64,000 nucleotides of DNA from Sedimentisphaerales bacterium (GCA_963708075.1 OY970194.1:1120001-1184000), one strand, 5' to 3'. Counted from the stretch's first letter, positions 21,984 to 32,627 are shown. Numbers and translations: made by a program. The notes: a model not told the origin generated them from the letters alone.

Positions 21984-22691
21984 GCGTGCTCCTCCACCGT
22001 GTAGCACCCCCGCCCTCGGGGGTGATCATCCCCAGCCGAGGGCGGCTGGGCCACATCCGACAGGTCGGACAACTCCGTCAGCTTGTCCGTGTCGAGATGC
22101 TCGAATTCATGATCCAGGTGAAACAGGAGGTTGCCCATGAGGAACACGCCTACAAAGACGTCCAGCAGGATGCCCAGCTCCACGAGGAACGGGAAATCGA
22201 GGCTCATGCTGATGCCGATGCCGTAGACGCCGTTCTCCATCACCAGGTAGGCCAGCGATTGCGTGATGGCCTTGCGCCGGGTGACCATGAGGAACAGGCC
22301 GACGAACATCGCGAAAAAGGAGCTTGTTGCCAGGATCAGAGGGGCGTGGCCGGGCAAGTGCAGGCGGGCGGTAATCCAGACCGCCAGGGCCAGCAGGGCC
22401 GTGCCGCACAGCAGCGAAGGCGCCGAAGCCAATGAACGGCTCGATCTCCCGGCGAATCCCCGTATGACGCAGACACACGCTCATCAGCCAGGGCAGAAGG
22501 ATGCCCTTGGAGAGGATCGTGCTCAGTCCCAGGATCCAGATGCCGAGCGAGATGTCGCCCCACGACCGGATGATCGGAAGCACCGCCAGCAGAACGCCCT
22601 GCACGGCTATCACGCGAATCGCCACGTGCAGCCGGCTCGACCCGAGCAAGAGCAAACAGGAGAGTATGAGCAGGACCGAGATGATATCCAT
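21980..22691 (-). CDS. hyfE: HyfE-like membrane subunit, frameshifted near 22421
   Basis: KGILLP...RREIEP N-half and TRRKAITQ..YLVMENG...ELGILLD C-half in two frames. Confidence 0.82.
22000..22055. repeat. GTAG-type REP-like palindrome inside the hyfE 3' end
   Basis: tgtagcacccccgccctcgggggtg...cagccgagggcggctgggccaca. Confidence 0.6.
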
Positions 22692-22694
22692 ACA

Positions 22695-23609
22695 CTAGCC
22701 CATCAATTTCACAACGAGAGCGATCAGACCCAAGAGGGCCGCGCCGATGAGAACTTTGGGAATCTGTTGCAGACGCAGCCTCGCCAGGATCGACTCCACG
22801 ACCCCGACAACGACCATGACGAACACGATGCCAAGCAGGAACACCGGCGCCTGCAGCCACGGCGCGAGCGAGTGCATGGGAACCACCAGGTTCACCACGA
22901 GGGCCGCAAAGATCCACATCTTCAGCGACGCCGCATAGAGGATATAGGCGAAGTCCGGCCCGCTGTAGTCGAGCACCATGACCTCGTGGATCATCGTCAG
23001 TTCCAGGTGCGTATTGGGATCGTCGACCGGGATGCGCGAGTTCTCCGCGAGCAGCAGGACAAACCAGGAACCGGCGACCAGAACCAGGAGCACGCCGGAA
23101 GTCTGCCACGTCTCCAGCGAAATCCCCGAGACCATGTTCGACAGCCCGGAGAAGCCGAAGTGGAGCACGAGAACCAGCATGCCGAGAAAGAACGAAGGCT
23201 CCGCCAGGGCAGCGAACTGGACTTCGCGGCTCGCGCCCATGCCCTCAAAGCTCGACCCCGTGTCGAGGGCGGCCAGCACCGTGGCGAAGCGGGCCAGACC
23301 CAGCAGATAGGCCAGGAGGATGATGTCCCCGGTGAATGTGACAGGGGCACGCAGCCCACCCCACGGCAGCATCGTCGTGCAAATAGCCAGGCACGCCAGG
23401 ATCACCGATGGTGCGACGCGGATCACCATGCTTGTCGATCGGCTGTATACGGAAGCCTTCTGCAGCAGCTTGAACAGGTCGAAATAGAGCTGCCACACGG
23501 ACGGCCCCTGCCTGCCTGCGAAGAACGCCTTCACCCGATTGATGATGCCGAGCATGAGGGGAGAGAGGACCCATGCGGCCAGCGGAAGAGCCCAGTGCAT
23601 GATCTTCAT
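22695..23609 (-). CDS. hyfC: HyfC/HycD (NuoH-like) membrane subunit
   Basis: GRQGP, DTGSSFEGMGASRE, ENSRIPVDDPNTHLELTMIHE. Confidence 0.9.
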   Translation of the reverse strand: MKIMHWALPLAAWVLSPLMLGIINRVKAFFAGRQGPSVWQLYFDLFKLLQKASVYSRSTSMVIRVAPSVILACLAICTTMLPWGGLRAPVTFTGDIILLAYLLGLARFATVLAALDTGSSFEGMGASREVQFAALAEPSFFLGMLVLVLHFGFSGLSNMVSGISLETWQTSGVLLVLVAGSWFVLLLAENSRIPVDDPNTHLELTMIHEVMVLDYSGPDFAYILYAASLKMWIFAALVVNLVVPMHSLAPWLQAPVFLLGIVFVMVVVGVVESILARLRLQQIPKVLIGAALLGLIALVVKLMG

Positions 23610-25579
23610 TATCGCCCTCCCGCTTTCCAGAGCAGCAGCAGCACGAGCACAATCGCGATGTAGAGCAGGTACTCGTGGATGCGTCCATGCTGCATTCGGC
23701 GTATCGGGGATAGCGTGCGATCCACGAGCCGGAACAGCGGGGCGAACAGGCGTTCGCGTGCTGCATCCGGTGTGTGTGTCTCGAATGTCGTCGGCTGCGG
23801 GAAGAATCCCTGCGGCGGCTTGCCGTGCTTGCGGGTCCCGAGGAAAACACGGAACAGATCAGTCAGAGGCTGTGCAAAGGACGACGCAGTGTACTGCATC
23901 CGGGGCGTCGGCCGGGCATAGCCGCAGCCCCATGTTCCCGTCACGGTTTCCTCTCTCGCCCGCGGCAGATGGCGGCGGACTATGTACAGGCCGACGATCA
24001 ACAGCAGCAGGGATGCTGATACATACACGACGCCCGTCAGACTCTGCGTCGCAATTGTTACGGGCTCCATTGCCGGCCCGGCCACGACACGGATAGCGGG
24101 AGCGACCAGCTTCACCGCCATCGGCGCCAGCAGGCCGATGCTCAGGCACACAGCGGCGAGTATCGCCATCGGCCATCGCATCGCGGCGCCCACCTCATGA
24201 GCGTTCACGGCGTGAGAGCTTCGCGGCTCCCCGAGAAACACGACGCCGAACGCTTTGGCGAAGCAAGCGGCCGCCAAGCCACCGATCAGTGCCAGGCCGC
24301 CGGTAATCCCGATGGCCAGGATGACCGTCTCAGGTGACCCGGCCCGTACGCCGCTGAAGGCGCCGACGTAGATGAGGAACTCGCTGACGAACCCATTGAA
24401 CGGGGGCAAGCCGGAGATCGCGGCCGAAGCGACAAGGAATGTCACGCCCGTCCAGCGCATCGACTTGAACAATCCGCCGAGATGATCGATGTCCCTCGTC
24501 CCCGTGCTATGGACGACAGCGCCGGCGCCGAGGAACAGCAGACTCTTGAACACGGCGTGGTTCAGCACGTGCAGGATGCCTCCGCCGAACCCCAGGACCA
24601 CCAGCACCGGTTGTTTCCAAGCGAGGCCCAGGAGGCCTGCGCCGATGCCGAGTGCGATGATGCCTATGTTCTCGACGCTGTGATAGGCGAGGAGCCGCTT
24701 GAGATCGTGCTGGGCCAGCGCGAACGCGACACCGAGGATGCCCGACACCAGGCCGATGATAATCAGGGTCCAGCCCCAGGCTGCCGATGGATTGCCCAGC
24801 AGCGTCAGCATACGGAGCAGCCCGTAAATACCTGTCTTGATCATCACGCCCGACATCAGGGCCGAGACGTGGCTCGGGGCGGCGGGGTGAGCTTCCGGCA
24901 GCCAGACGTGCAATGGGATGAAGCCGGCCTTTGAGCCGAAACCGATCACAGCGAGAGCGAACAGCACACTTGCCATCGCCGGGGACAAGCTCGCCCCGGC
25001 CATCCGGTCAAAGTCCAGCGAGTTCGCCTGCCTGCCCAGCAAGGCAAAGAGCACGAGCAGTGCGGCTGTCCCAATGTGGGTGGCGATCAAGTATGTCCAG
25101 CCCGCCTCACGCACGTGGGCGTGCTCATCGTCGAAGATGACCAGGAAGAATGAGCTGATCGCCATGAGCTCCCAGACGATCAGGAACAGCAGGGCATTTC
25201 GCGACGCCATCAGAAGGAGCATGCTGGCCGTCAGGACGTTGTAGAAGAAGAGGATTGGGCCGAGTGACTTCTTCTCATTCGCCAAGTATGCACAGCCGTA
25301 GAGGGCTGCAAGCGGCGAGATAAGCAGGATCGGCAGGCAGAAGAACGCGGACAGCCCGTCCAGTCCGAACGAGAGTGACCCGCCGGGCATGCTCCAGGCG
25401 ATCTGTATCGGCGTCACCGCCTGGCCCGACAGCGCCCCAATCACCGGGACTGATGCGATGCCGCATCCTATCCACACCCCGAGCGTGGCAAGCCACGTGG
25501 CGGCTCTTGTGCGACCCATCAGAAGAACGCCGGCGCCCACCAGGACCGGCAGAATGCAACCTGCGATGAACAGTTCCAC
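23609..25579 (-). CDS. hyfB: HyfB/HycC (NuoL/MrpA-like) membrane subunit
   Basis: WELMA, KAGFIPLHVWLPEAHPAAPSHVSA, DLKRLLAYHSVENIG, TWGCGY...MQYT. Confidence 0.9.
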   Translation of the reverse strand: MELFIAGCILPVLVGAGVLLMGRTRAATWLATLGVWIGCGIASVPVIGALSGQAVTPIQIAWSMPGGSLSFGLDGLSAFFCLPILLISPLAALYGCAYLANEKKSLGPILFFYNVLTASMLLLMASRNALLFLIVWELMAISSFFLVIFDDEHAHVREAGWTYLIATHIGTAALLVLFALLGRQANSLDFDRMAGASLSPAMASVLFALAVIGFGSKAGFIPLHVWLPEAHPAAPSHVSALMSGVMIKTGIYGLLRMLTLLGNPSAAWGWTLIIIGLVSGILGVAFALAQHDLKRLLAYHSVENIGIIALGIGAGLLGLAWKQPVLVVLGFGGGILHVLNHAVFKSLLFLGAGAVVHSTGTRDIDHLGGLFKSMRWTGVTFLVASAAISGLPPFNGFVSEFLIYVGAFSGVRAGSPETVILAIGITGGLALIGGLAAACFAKAFGVVFLGEPRSSHAVNAHEVGAAMRWPMAILAAVCLSIGLLAPMAVKLVAPAIRVVAGPAMEPVTIATQSLTGVVYVSASLLLLIVGLYIVRRHLPRAREETVTGTWGCGYARPTPRMQYTASSFAQPLTDLFRVFLGTRKHGKPPQGFFPQPTTFETHTPDAARERLFAPLFRLVDRTLSPIRRMQHGRIHEYLLYIAIVLVLLLLWKAGGR

Positions 25580-25590
25580 TTAGCGGTCCT

Positions 25591-26265
25591 TTACGAATCT
25601 CGATGCAAGCGGGCTTCCGTCTGAGATAGAAGTTTCAGAATTGTCTCACGCGCCGCCTGGTTCAAGACGGCCTTCTTGAACTCCGCAGTGCGAAGACAGA
25701 AGGACAGTCTCGCCAATATACGCAAATGCGTGCGGACGTTCGGTGAGATCAGCATGAACAGGGCGTACACAGGCTTGCCATCCAGTGCGCCGTAGTCGAT
25801 CGGCTTCTCCAGGAACGACAAGGACAAGATCGGATAGCTGACAAAGCCCACTAAAGACCCGCGGGCATGGGGGATAGCAATGTGGTCTCCGATGCCTGTG
25901 GAGGCCAGTTCCTCCCTCGCGAAGAACATCTGGAACAGCGGGTCAGAGACACTGTCATCGACCCCCTTGATCATCCCCAGTGCATTTCGCAGCACATCCT
26001 TCTTTGTCTCGCCGCTGATGCGATAGAAGACACCGCCTCTGACGAGCATCTCGTGCAGCGAGATATCCTCGTCATTCTCCGCCTCCGAGGCGGCGTCAGG
26101 CAGAGGCCCGAGGCCTTCCCTGATGACGAGATTGTTTACCTCCGACCTTTCCAGGAAGTGCTGGCTGCCCAGGCGATGGGACGGAAGCCGCCCATCCTTG
26201 ATCCAGCGGTATACGGTCTTCTGAGAGACTCCCAGTGCCTCAGCAGCCTCACGAACCGAAAGCAT
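25591..26265 (-). CDS. Excisionase-type HTH + PTS EIIA-2 fusion regulator
   Basis: LSVREAAEALGVSQKTVYRWIKDG.LP N-domain; REELASTGIG..IAIPHAR phospho-His motif. Confidence 0.87.
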   Translation of the reverse strand: MLSVREAAEALGVSQKTVYRWIKDGRLPSHRLGSQHFLERSEVNNLVIREGLGPLPDAASEAENDEDISLHEMLVRGGVFYRISGETKKDVLRNALGMIKGVDDSVSDPLFQMFFAREELASTGIGDHIAIPHARGSLVGFVSYPILSLSFLEKPIDYGALDGKPVYALFMLISPNVRTHLRILARLSFCLRTAEFKKAVLNQAARETILKLLSQTEARLHRDS

Positions 26266-26497
26266 GACATCAGGTCTCCAATTTGCCTCTACGTGACAAG
26301 CACAGCCCAGAGTGTACGAAGTATTTACCCTGATGTCAATACGTGTGACAAAATTTTCCTTTATTGGGACACGCGAGTGAGCAGGCCGGCAAACCGGGGG
26401 ACAGAAATAATGCGGGCCCCTTGCCTTCGACAAAGGGCCCGTAGAAATGGCGCCATAAACTTAGGCCCAGACTATACTTCCATATAGCCGGTCTACT

Positions 26498-26734
26498 CTA
26501 CGCACGCACACTGACGGGCTGTGGTCTTCGTTTCTTTCCCAGCCGCGTCAATACATACACACCGACCAGCAGTCCAAGCAGAGAAGCGGTCCGGCTGAAA
26601 ACCATCAACGAGCCGAACGGCTCGGATAGCAGAAGGTCAATGCGACTGAAGCCAAAAAGGCTCAGGCTTAGCACTCCGATGGATACTGCAATATATGCAA
26701 GGATGTCGGCCGAGTTTTGTCTTGGAGCCTTCAT
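26498..26734 (-). CDS. Small two-TM hypothetical protein
   Basis: Two hydrophobic segments, basic tail, GGAAAGGA RBS. Confidence 0.5.
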   Translation of the reverse strand: MKAPRQNSADILAYIAVSIGVLSLSLFGFSRIDLLLSEPFGSLMVFSRTASLLGLLVGVYVLTRLGKKRRPQPVSVRA

Positions 26735-27133
26735 CTCGATTTCCTTTCCGAGTCTTCTGCGTCTACTCATTTTCTCTGGCTGTCTACAAATTCTACGTCC
26801 TGGTCAGGAATCAGTTTGAGACCGGTCGGGAGGGAATTACCACATCCGGGGGGGGTCTTTGCCAAGGTGCACCAGGGCACAGGCAAGGATGCCTTTATGC
26901 CTTCATCTTCCTGCGGTTACTCAAGTTATGTTCCCGGAGGTGCTTATGGCATCCGACGGCAGCCACAGGCAGCAAAGAGTCCGGCGGCTTTGAGGGTTCG
27001 GCGTATTGGCTTTGCCGGCCGCCACTGCCATGATGGATGGCTAAACAGAAGAGACTCTCTGGGGGAATCTATGTACGGCATCCTCACAACAAGTCTGTGG
27101 CCTTCCGGCTCTCCTATCGATCTGCTGGAACAG

Positions 27134-28023
27134 ATGCCCACCCGTGTGCTCGGCAGGACCGGGCGGAACATCTCCATCCTCGGGCTCGGCGGCCATCACA
27201 TCGGACAAATCCAGGACGACCGGGAGGCGATCCGCCTTATTCGTACGGCCATCGACATGGGCATCACGTTCATGGACAACGCATGGGAGTACCACCAGGG
27301 GCGGTCCGAAATGCTCATGGGCAAAGCCCTGCAGGACGGCTATCGAGAACCGAATCTTCCTTATGACCAAGCATCACGGCCGGGATAAGAAAACCGCCAT
27401 GCAGCACCTCGAAGACAGCCTGCGTCGACTCAACACCGACGTGATCGATCTGTGGCAGTTCCACGAGATCATCTACGAGAACCGATCCGGACATGATCTT
27501 CGCCCCCGGCGGCGGGATTGAGGCGGCCGAGCAGGCCAGGGAGCAAGGCAAGGTCCGACACATCGGCTTCACCGGCCACAAAGACCCCGCCATTTTCCGC
27601 AAGATGCTGTCGTACGACTATCCCTGGGACAGTGTGCAGATGCCGGTCAATGTGCTGGACGCTCATTTCATGAGCTTCCAGAGGAATATTCTGCCGATCC
27701 TGCTGGAGCGCAACATCGGCCCGATCGCCATGAAGAGCATGGGGGGTGGGCACATCCTGGAGTCCGGGGTCGTCGGGCCCAGGCAGGCCCTGCGCTATGC
27801 CTGGAGTCAGCCGGTGGCGACGGTGGTCTGCGGCATGACCAGCAGAGAGCAACTCGAACAGAACGTCGAAGCCGCCATGGATTTCAAGCCGTTGAGTAAG
27901 CAGGAGGAATCCGAGCTGCTGGAGAAAGCCAGGCCGGCGGCCCGGGACGGTGCGTTTGAGCCGTTCAAGACCACGGCTCAATTCGACGGAATCGTGGGAA
28001 AACAATTGCATGGACTGGCATAG
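27134..28023 (+). CDS. Aldo/keto reductase, two frameshifts (~27348, ~27480)
   Basis: RVLGRTG...DNAWEY | FLMTK...SLRRLNTDVIDLWQFHE | GKVRHIGFTGH...AMKSMGGG across three frames. Confidence 0.82.
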
Positions 28024-28044
28024 GCCGATAGCAGGACCTGAAGC

Positions 28045-28548
28045 ATGGACGGGCACTCGTTGAGCAAAGCGTTGCGGACCGCCGGGGGGCTCTACATGTT
28101 CTGCCGGCGGGGGATCATCATCACCTCGTTCATCGCCGCCCTGTGCATGATGATGATCGCGCTCTACCAGATGGGGATCATCAAGAGGCTGCCCGACTTG
28201 CCGTGGCGCCGATTCAAATCCTCTGAAATTGCCGCTGTCATCGCTGCGTACCGTCCTCTGGGCTTGCCAATCCCTGATTCTCTCCTGGGCGTGGTCAGCT
28301 ACGCCGTGACAGCCGCCCTCGCCGCGTTTGCCGGGCCACAACGTCATCAGGACCTGCCCTGGATCGTGCTTCTGATGACGGTCAAAATACTCGCAGATGC
28401 CACGCTGGCCGGCGTCTTGTGGTGGGTACAATGGGCATGGTACCGGGCCTTTTGCATGTATTGCCTTGCCGCCGCCGTCGCCAGCTTTGCAGCCGTGATC
28501 CTGGCAGTCCCCGAAACATGGGCAACGCTGCGGCGCCTGTGGCCATAA
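28045..28548 (+). CDS. VKOR-like membrane protein
   Basis: Four TM segments, GLPIPD, FCMYC (CxxC) motif. Confidence 0.75.
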   Translation: MDGHSLSKALRTAGGLYMFCRRGIIITSFIAALCMMMIALYQMGIIKRLPDLPWRRFKSSEIAAVIAAYRPLGLPIPDSLLGVVSYAVTAALAAFAGPQRHQDLPWIVLLMTVKILADATLAGVLWWVQWAWYRAFCMYCLAAAVASFAAVILAVPETWATLRRLWP

Positions 28549-28655
28549 CCGGTTCGTCACGTCCTGCCGGCCATCTCTGCCAGAGTCCCAGACCTGCCCA
28601 TTGGCAATGCATCCTTAGAGTCTCTAACACAATGAAAACATGGTAAGGTTGCCCA

Positions 28656-28732
28656 CATGTCATTCCCGCGAAGGCGGGAATCCAGTCGCCTATCGAATGA
28701 TCCTGGACCCCCGCCTTCGCGGGGGTGACATG
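28656..28732. repeat. REP-like element, family C (GTCATTCCCGCGAAGGCGGGAATCCAG, dRS3-like)
   Basis: Inverted pair of hairpins; variant copy at 54539-54591; followed by family B half copy 28757-28785. Confidence 0.8.
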
Positions 28733-28897
28733 ATAAGGCTCATTCTGCTATAGCCTCTTACGCAGGCGTAAGCATGACACCCGGCTCTTGCTTCCTGCGG
28801 GATTTCCATGCATACTTGTGACGGGTGTGATGTCGCCCGAGTGGGAATGGAATTGGGCACAAGGCGGTTAGAGGTGTGGTTGAACGGGAGAAGGCAA

Positions 28898-29878
28898 ATG
28901 AGGACATACCTGGTTCTGTTCGTTGTGTGTATCGCCTGCCCGGCAGGATGGGCCGAGTATCCGGAGCTGGCGGCGTTGAAGGAATCGAGCCGCAAGACCC
29001 TGGCCGGTTATGCCGGGAAGTTCGCGGGCGACGACGCGAAGTTCGAGGGCCTTGTCAAGTTCGGGGAGGCCCTCAAGGTGGTCGAGGACCCCGCCAAGGC
29101 TGATGTGGCGAAGCTGACGTACAAGAGCAAAGCCTACTGGCGGGCGGTGCTGGAGATGACGCCCCAGGATTCGTCCGTCCTGCTGGCCCACGCCCATCTG
29201 CACGCCGCTCGCGGCGAGCGGGACTACGCCGACATGTACTTCCTGCTGGCCAGCGTGACGATGGACAAGAGCCGCCGCGAGGAATTGGAGGCGTACACCC
29301 GCTTGCGGGACGCGTTGAACGCAAGGGCAGGCCAGGAGATTGGACGGGGCGTCAAGCTCCACGACATGGGTCACTACACGAAGGCGATTGAGATCTACGA
29401 CGGCATACTCGCCGAGTATCCCTGCTCCTCCCAGGCGTACTACGAGAAGGGCTACTCCTATCTGATGATGCGTAAAAACGATCCGGCCATGAAGCGTAAA
29501 GCGGATGAAATGTACGCGGAGTGCAGGCGGCTGGACCCGTTCTGGTGGAAGGCGTACCAGGGCGGCGGGCCGACCGTGGTGAAAAAACTACAGGTGTGCC
29601 TGGAAAAGGTGCAGCCGTTCCTCTCCGGCAAGGAGCGAAGCAAGGCGGGTTTCGTCGCGTTCGCGGAGGGCTGCGAGGCCATGGAGTTGTACCCGTTCGC
29701 CGCCCATGCGAGATGGAAGCTCGCTATGATGGACCCTGACCAGATGCGCGAGCACGTGAAGGCGTTCCTGGACCTGATTGAGAAGTGCGGCTGCGAAGAC
29801 CCTGCCTTCTTTCGCCGCCAGTTCCAGCTCGACGAGAACAAGGCAACCACCCCGGCGGATGCCGGTTCCCATAAGTAG
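28898..29878 (+). CDS. Secreted TPR-containing protein
   Basis: Signal peptide; KAIEIYDGILAEYP...AYYEKGYSY TPR-like helices; strong codon bias. Confidence 0.72.
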   Translation: MRTYLVLFVVCIACPAGWAEYPELAALKESSRKTLAGYAGKFAGDDAKFEGLVKFGEALKVVEDPAKADVAKLTYKSKAYWRAVLEMTPQDSSVLLAHAHLHAARGERDYADMYFLLASVTMDKSRREELEAYTRLRDALNARAGQEIGRGVKLHDMGHYTKAIEIYDGILAEYPCSSQAYYEKGYSYLMMRKNDPAMKRKADEMYAECRRLDPFWWKAYQGGGPTVVKKLQVCLEKVQPFLSGKERSKAGFVAFAEGCEAMELYPFAAHARWKLAMMDPDQMREHVKAFLDLIEKCGCEDPAFFRRQFQLDENKATTPADAGSHK

Positions 29879-30054
29879 GCCGGACCGACGTGAGCGAACT
29901 GCCCTCATCAAATAAGGGGAGAACTCTTGCAGATTCGTGGCGGCGGGTCCGTATCATCGGGAGACGCCGGCGGGCATTGGGCGTCTGCCGGGTATAGAAG
30001 GGAACCTGTGAGCCGACTGGAACGCGGGCCGGCTCTTGCTCGGATAGAACTGCA

Positions 30055-30462
30055 CTGAAGATATCGCAGCTTAAGACATTCAGGGATGTCGGGGCACGGT
30101 TTCGGGAGAACTGGCGGGGGTACGTACACCAGTACCGTGTCCTGCTGCTCCTGACGTTTCTCGCTTCCCTGGCGGATATGGCCTCGACCATTTATTTCAT
30201 GCTGATCCACGGCCCCGCGGCGGAGGGGCACCCGGTCGTGAGGATGATCTCGCATGTTTTGGGACCCATCCTGGGGCCCATGTTGGGCAAGACCACTCAG
30301 TTTCTGGTAGCCATCGTGGTGACGGTCTTCCTTCGCCGGTGGGCGGCCTACATCTTCGTTCCGCTCATCATCCTCTACGGCTGGGCCGCCTGGTACAACC
30401 TCTGGGGCCATGAGGTCTACTACCCCCGCCTGCTCGAGATCCTGGAACACTTGGGAATCTGA
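30055..30462 (+). CDS. Small membrane protein (DUF5658-like); start uncertain
   Basis: Open frame upstream of ATG 30178 adds a TM helix ending LADMAST; EGHP motif; further TM helices. Confidence 0.6.
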   Translation: MKISQLKTFRDVGARFRENWRGYVHQYRVLLLLTFLASLADMASTIYFMLIHGPAAEGHPVVRMISHVLGPILGPMLGKTTQFLVAIVVTVFLRRWAAYIFVPLIILYGWAAWYNLWGHEVYYPRLLEILEHLGI

Positions 30463-30718
30463 GCCTTCTGCAGGGGTACTGGGCGTGCCATCTGAACAGT
30501 TGCTCACAGGGACCGTACAAGGGGCGGACTCGGCTTTTGTCGTTGCATCCGAGCCTGATTACGGATATAATTAGCATGGCAGGAGCGGGAGGCTGCACCG
30601 GTTGTTCCCCTGCCCTGGAAATAGACGGGATGACGGTCCCGAGGTCCGATAGACAACCAATGATATTTCCCATATCAACTCGACTCAGCGGACTGGACCG
30701 CTCTGAGGCACGACTGTA

Positions 30719-31477
30719 ATGACTGGGCCGGTGATAGAGAAGGTGTCGCAGCGCCTCGGGAAGGTGCTCGTCAAGGCGCGCCGGAGAGCCATCGTGTATT
30801 CGCTGCTGACGGCGTTTTGCACGCCGGCGTTTGTGGCATTGGTGAGCCTTGCCGCTCGCGTCGTGCTACTGCCCGTTGTGCAGCCATCCGGCTACTGGAC
30901 CGATACGGTCACGATCTACACCGGCACGATTATCTTCCTCGGCTCGATGCTGGTTCTAGTTCTGATTGACTCTGCTCGCTCGCCCATGAAAGCTCTATTC
31001 AGCAAGACGTGGCTGGCCGGGACGGGGGTCTTTCTCCTGCTGCTTTTTCTGATGTATCGCACATCCCTGCCGGCGCGAACCCCCGGCGTCTTCAATATGC
31101 TTTTTGTCGTGGGAGGCCTTCTGGTCCTGGGGCTCGTCGGGCAGATGCCCCTGGCCAACCATGCCGCCCGGGGCTCGGGCACATGCAAGGACATTTTCGC
31201 AGGCCTTGCGATTATCGGTTCGGGCATTGTGACCGCATATGCTGAGCTTCTGTCGGCCTCATGGCTGTGGGTGCCGCCGCGTCCGCAGGAGGTCCGCATC
31301 GCCGCGGGCGTCCTGTACCGGCTGGCGATCGACCCGGACGAACCGTTCAATAGCAGCACCGTCAACAGTCGACTGATGGCCCTCCTGTTCCGTCTCAACC
31401 TCGTCAAAATGACGGACAACGAGCTTCGCCTGACCCCCAAAGGCATGGACTTCGTCTGGTCAGCCGCGAAGGATTGA
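30719..31477 (+). CDS. Membrane protein with C-terminal winged-helix-like tail
   Basis: About five TM segments; LNLVK....LRLTPKG tail. Confidence 0.65.
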   Translation: MTGPVIEKVSQRLGKVLVKARRRAIVYSLLTAFCTPAFVALVSLAARVVLLPVVQPSGYWTDTVTIYTGTIIFLGSMLVLVLIDSARSPMKALFSKTWLAGTGVFLLLLFLMYRTSLPARTPGVFNMLFVVGGLLVLGLVGQMPLANHAARGSGTCKDIFAGLAIIGSGIVTAYAELLSASWLWVPPRPQEVRIAAGVLYRLAIDPDEPFNSSTVNSRLMALLFRLNLVKMTDNELRLTPKGMDFVWSAAKD

Positions 31478-31647
31478 CACGTTCCAGAAACTCACCGAAG
31501 GGCGACACAATTGCCCGCAGCGCTGGGTCTCAGCAGACCCTTCCGTCCCAAGGGATGACGAATATCGTGCACGGTGTACGCAGGCCGTGGTATGATAGTG
31601 CAGAGACCGCGCGACAGTGCGTGTTCGTTCGTTGAGGATGTCGAGAA

Positions 31648-31947
31648 ATGGACGACAAGAGGTATTACGGATTGCTGCTGAAGTTCAGGGATGAAGGCAT
31701 CCGGTTTCGTTCCTTCATGGGCAGACGATGGTTCGCTGTGAAGGGGCTCATCCTCGTCGTTTCCGTTGCCTTTGTGTCGATTGAGGATCCTGTCATCCAA
31801 GTGGTCGGCTTGATCCTGCTGGGGTTCGCGTCGGGCACGATTGCTGTGGACGTTCGCAGCTACGTCACAACAAAGAGGTACTGGCCTTATCAAAAAGAGG
31901 TTCTCAATTGGGACAAGATCGAGGCCTTTTCAAAGGAGACCCCATGA
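31648..31947 (+). CDS. Small two-TM hypothetical protein
   Basis: GAGGA RBS; ATGA overlap with next gene. Confidence 0.65.
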   Translation: MDDKRYYGLLLKFRDEGIRFRSFMGRRWFAVKGLILVVSVAFVSIEDPVIQVVGLILLGFASGTIAVDVRSYVTTKRYWPYQKEVLNWDKIEAFSKETP

Positions 31948-32627
31948 AGAGCGGTGGTCGCCGTGTCGCGGGCGGTGTCTTGCTCACCGCTCTTGTCGTC
32001 TCATGGTTCGTCTGGGGGCCGCTGGGGATCATCTTCTACGTGGGCGGGTTGTTCAATTCGCTTTGGCCATTCATGCTTATCCCGCTTCTAATCCTGCTGA
32101 TTCCCTTGGCCGCGATCGGCCTGCCTGTACTGGCAATACGCACTGTAATTTGTTGGCGGAAGCTCTCAGATCGTGACAGGATGTTCTCGTCTTTCCTTAC
32201 AATCGCACTGGCCGCTTTTGTGGCTTCGGCCGGCTTGACGTTTACCGCTATGGTACCCGGCCCCTATGACATGTTCCGCCGGGGCTTCACCCGGTATGTG
32301 GAGAGCCGGACGGATGTCTCGGCGATCCAAGCCTGGCTGGGTATGCTGGACCCAAACGAGTATACGGATAAGTACGGGGCTAGGACGGAGAGACACTTCA
32401 CCGGGTCCGAGCAGCCGCCGTGCGTCGCACGCCTGCACGCCGGGGGAGCCAGAGTCCAGCCGGATGACAAGGGCCGTCTGATGCTCCGAACAATTTGGGG
32501 TGGAGGCCTGATCGGTCATTGGGGCATCGAGGTCGGCGACAAGAGCATGGAACCGCCGCCGGACTCCGAGGTGATCGGGTACCAGCCGCTTGCTCCGGGC
32601 GCCTGGATCTGGTACGAGTTGGAGTGA
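31944..32627 (+). CDS. Membrane protein with soluble C-terminal domain
   Basis: Three TM segments; WGGGLIGHWG motif. Confidence 0.65.
   Translation: MKSGGRRVAGGVLLTALVVSWFVWGPLGIIFYVGGLFNSLWPFMLIPLLILLIPLAAIGLPVLAIRTVICWRKLSDRDRMFSSFLTIALAAFVASAGLTFTAMVPGPYDMFRRGFTRYVESRTDVSAIQAWLGMLDPNEYTDKYGARTERHFTGSEQPPCVARLHAGGARVQPDDKGRLMLRTIWGGGLIGHWGIEVGDKSMEPPPDSEVIGYQPLAPGAWIWYELE

Noticed and set aside
18085..22691. Ehr operon decaying into pseudogenes
   Set aside because: Each of four genes has one frame break with intact motifs on both sides, and similar breaks occur window-wide including iscS, so sequencing error is more likely
31505..31522. 18-bp exact match (GACACAATTGCCCGCAGC) to the hairpin at 49422-49439
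   Set aside because: Single short match with no extended similarity; could be chance or a fragment of a dispersed element
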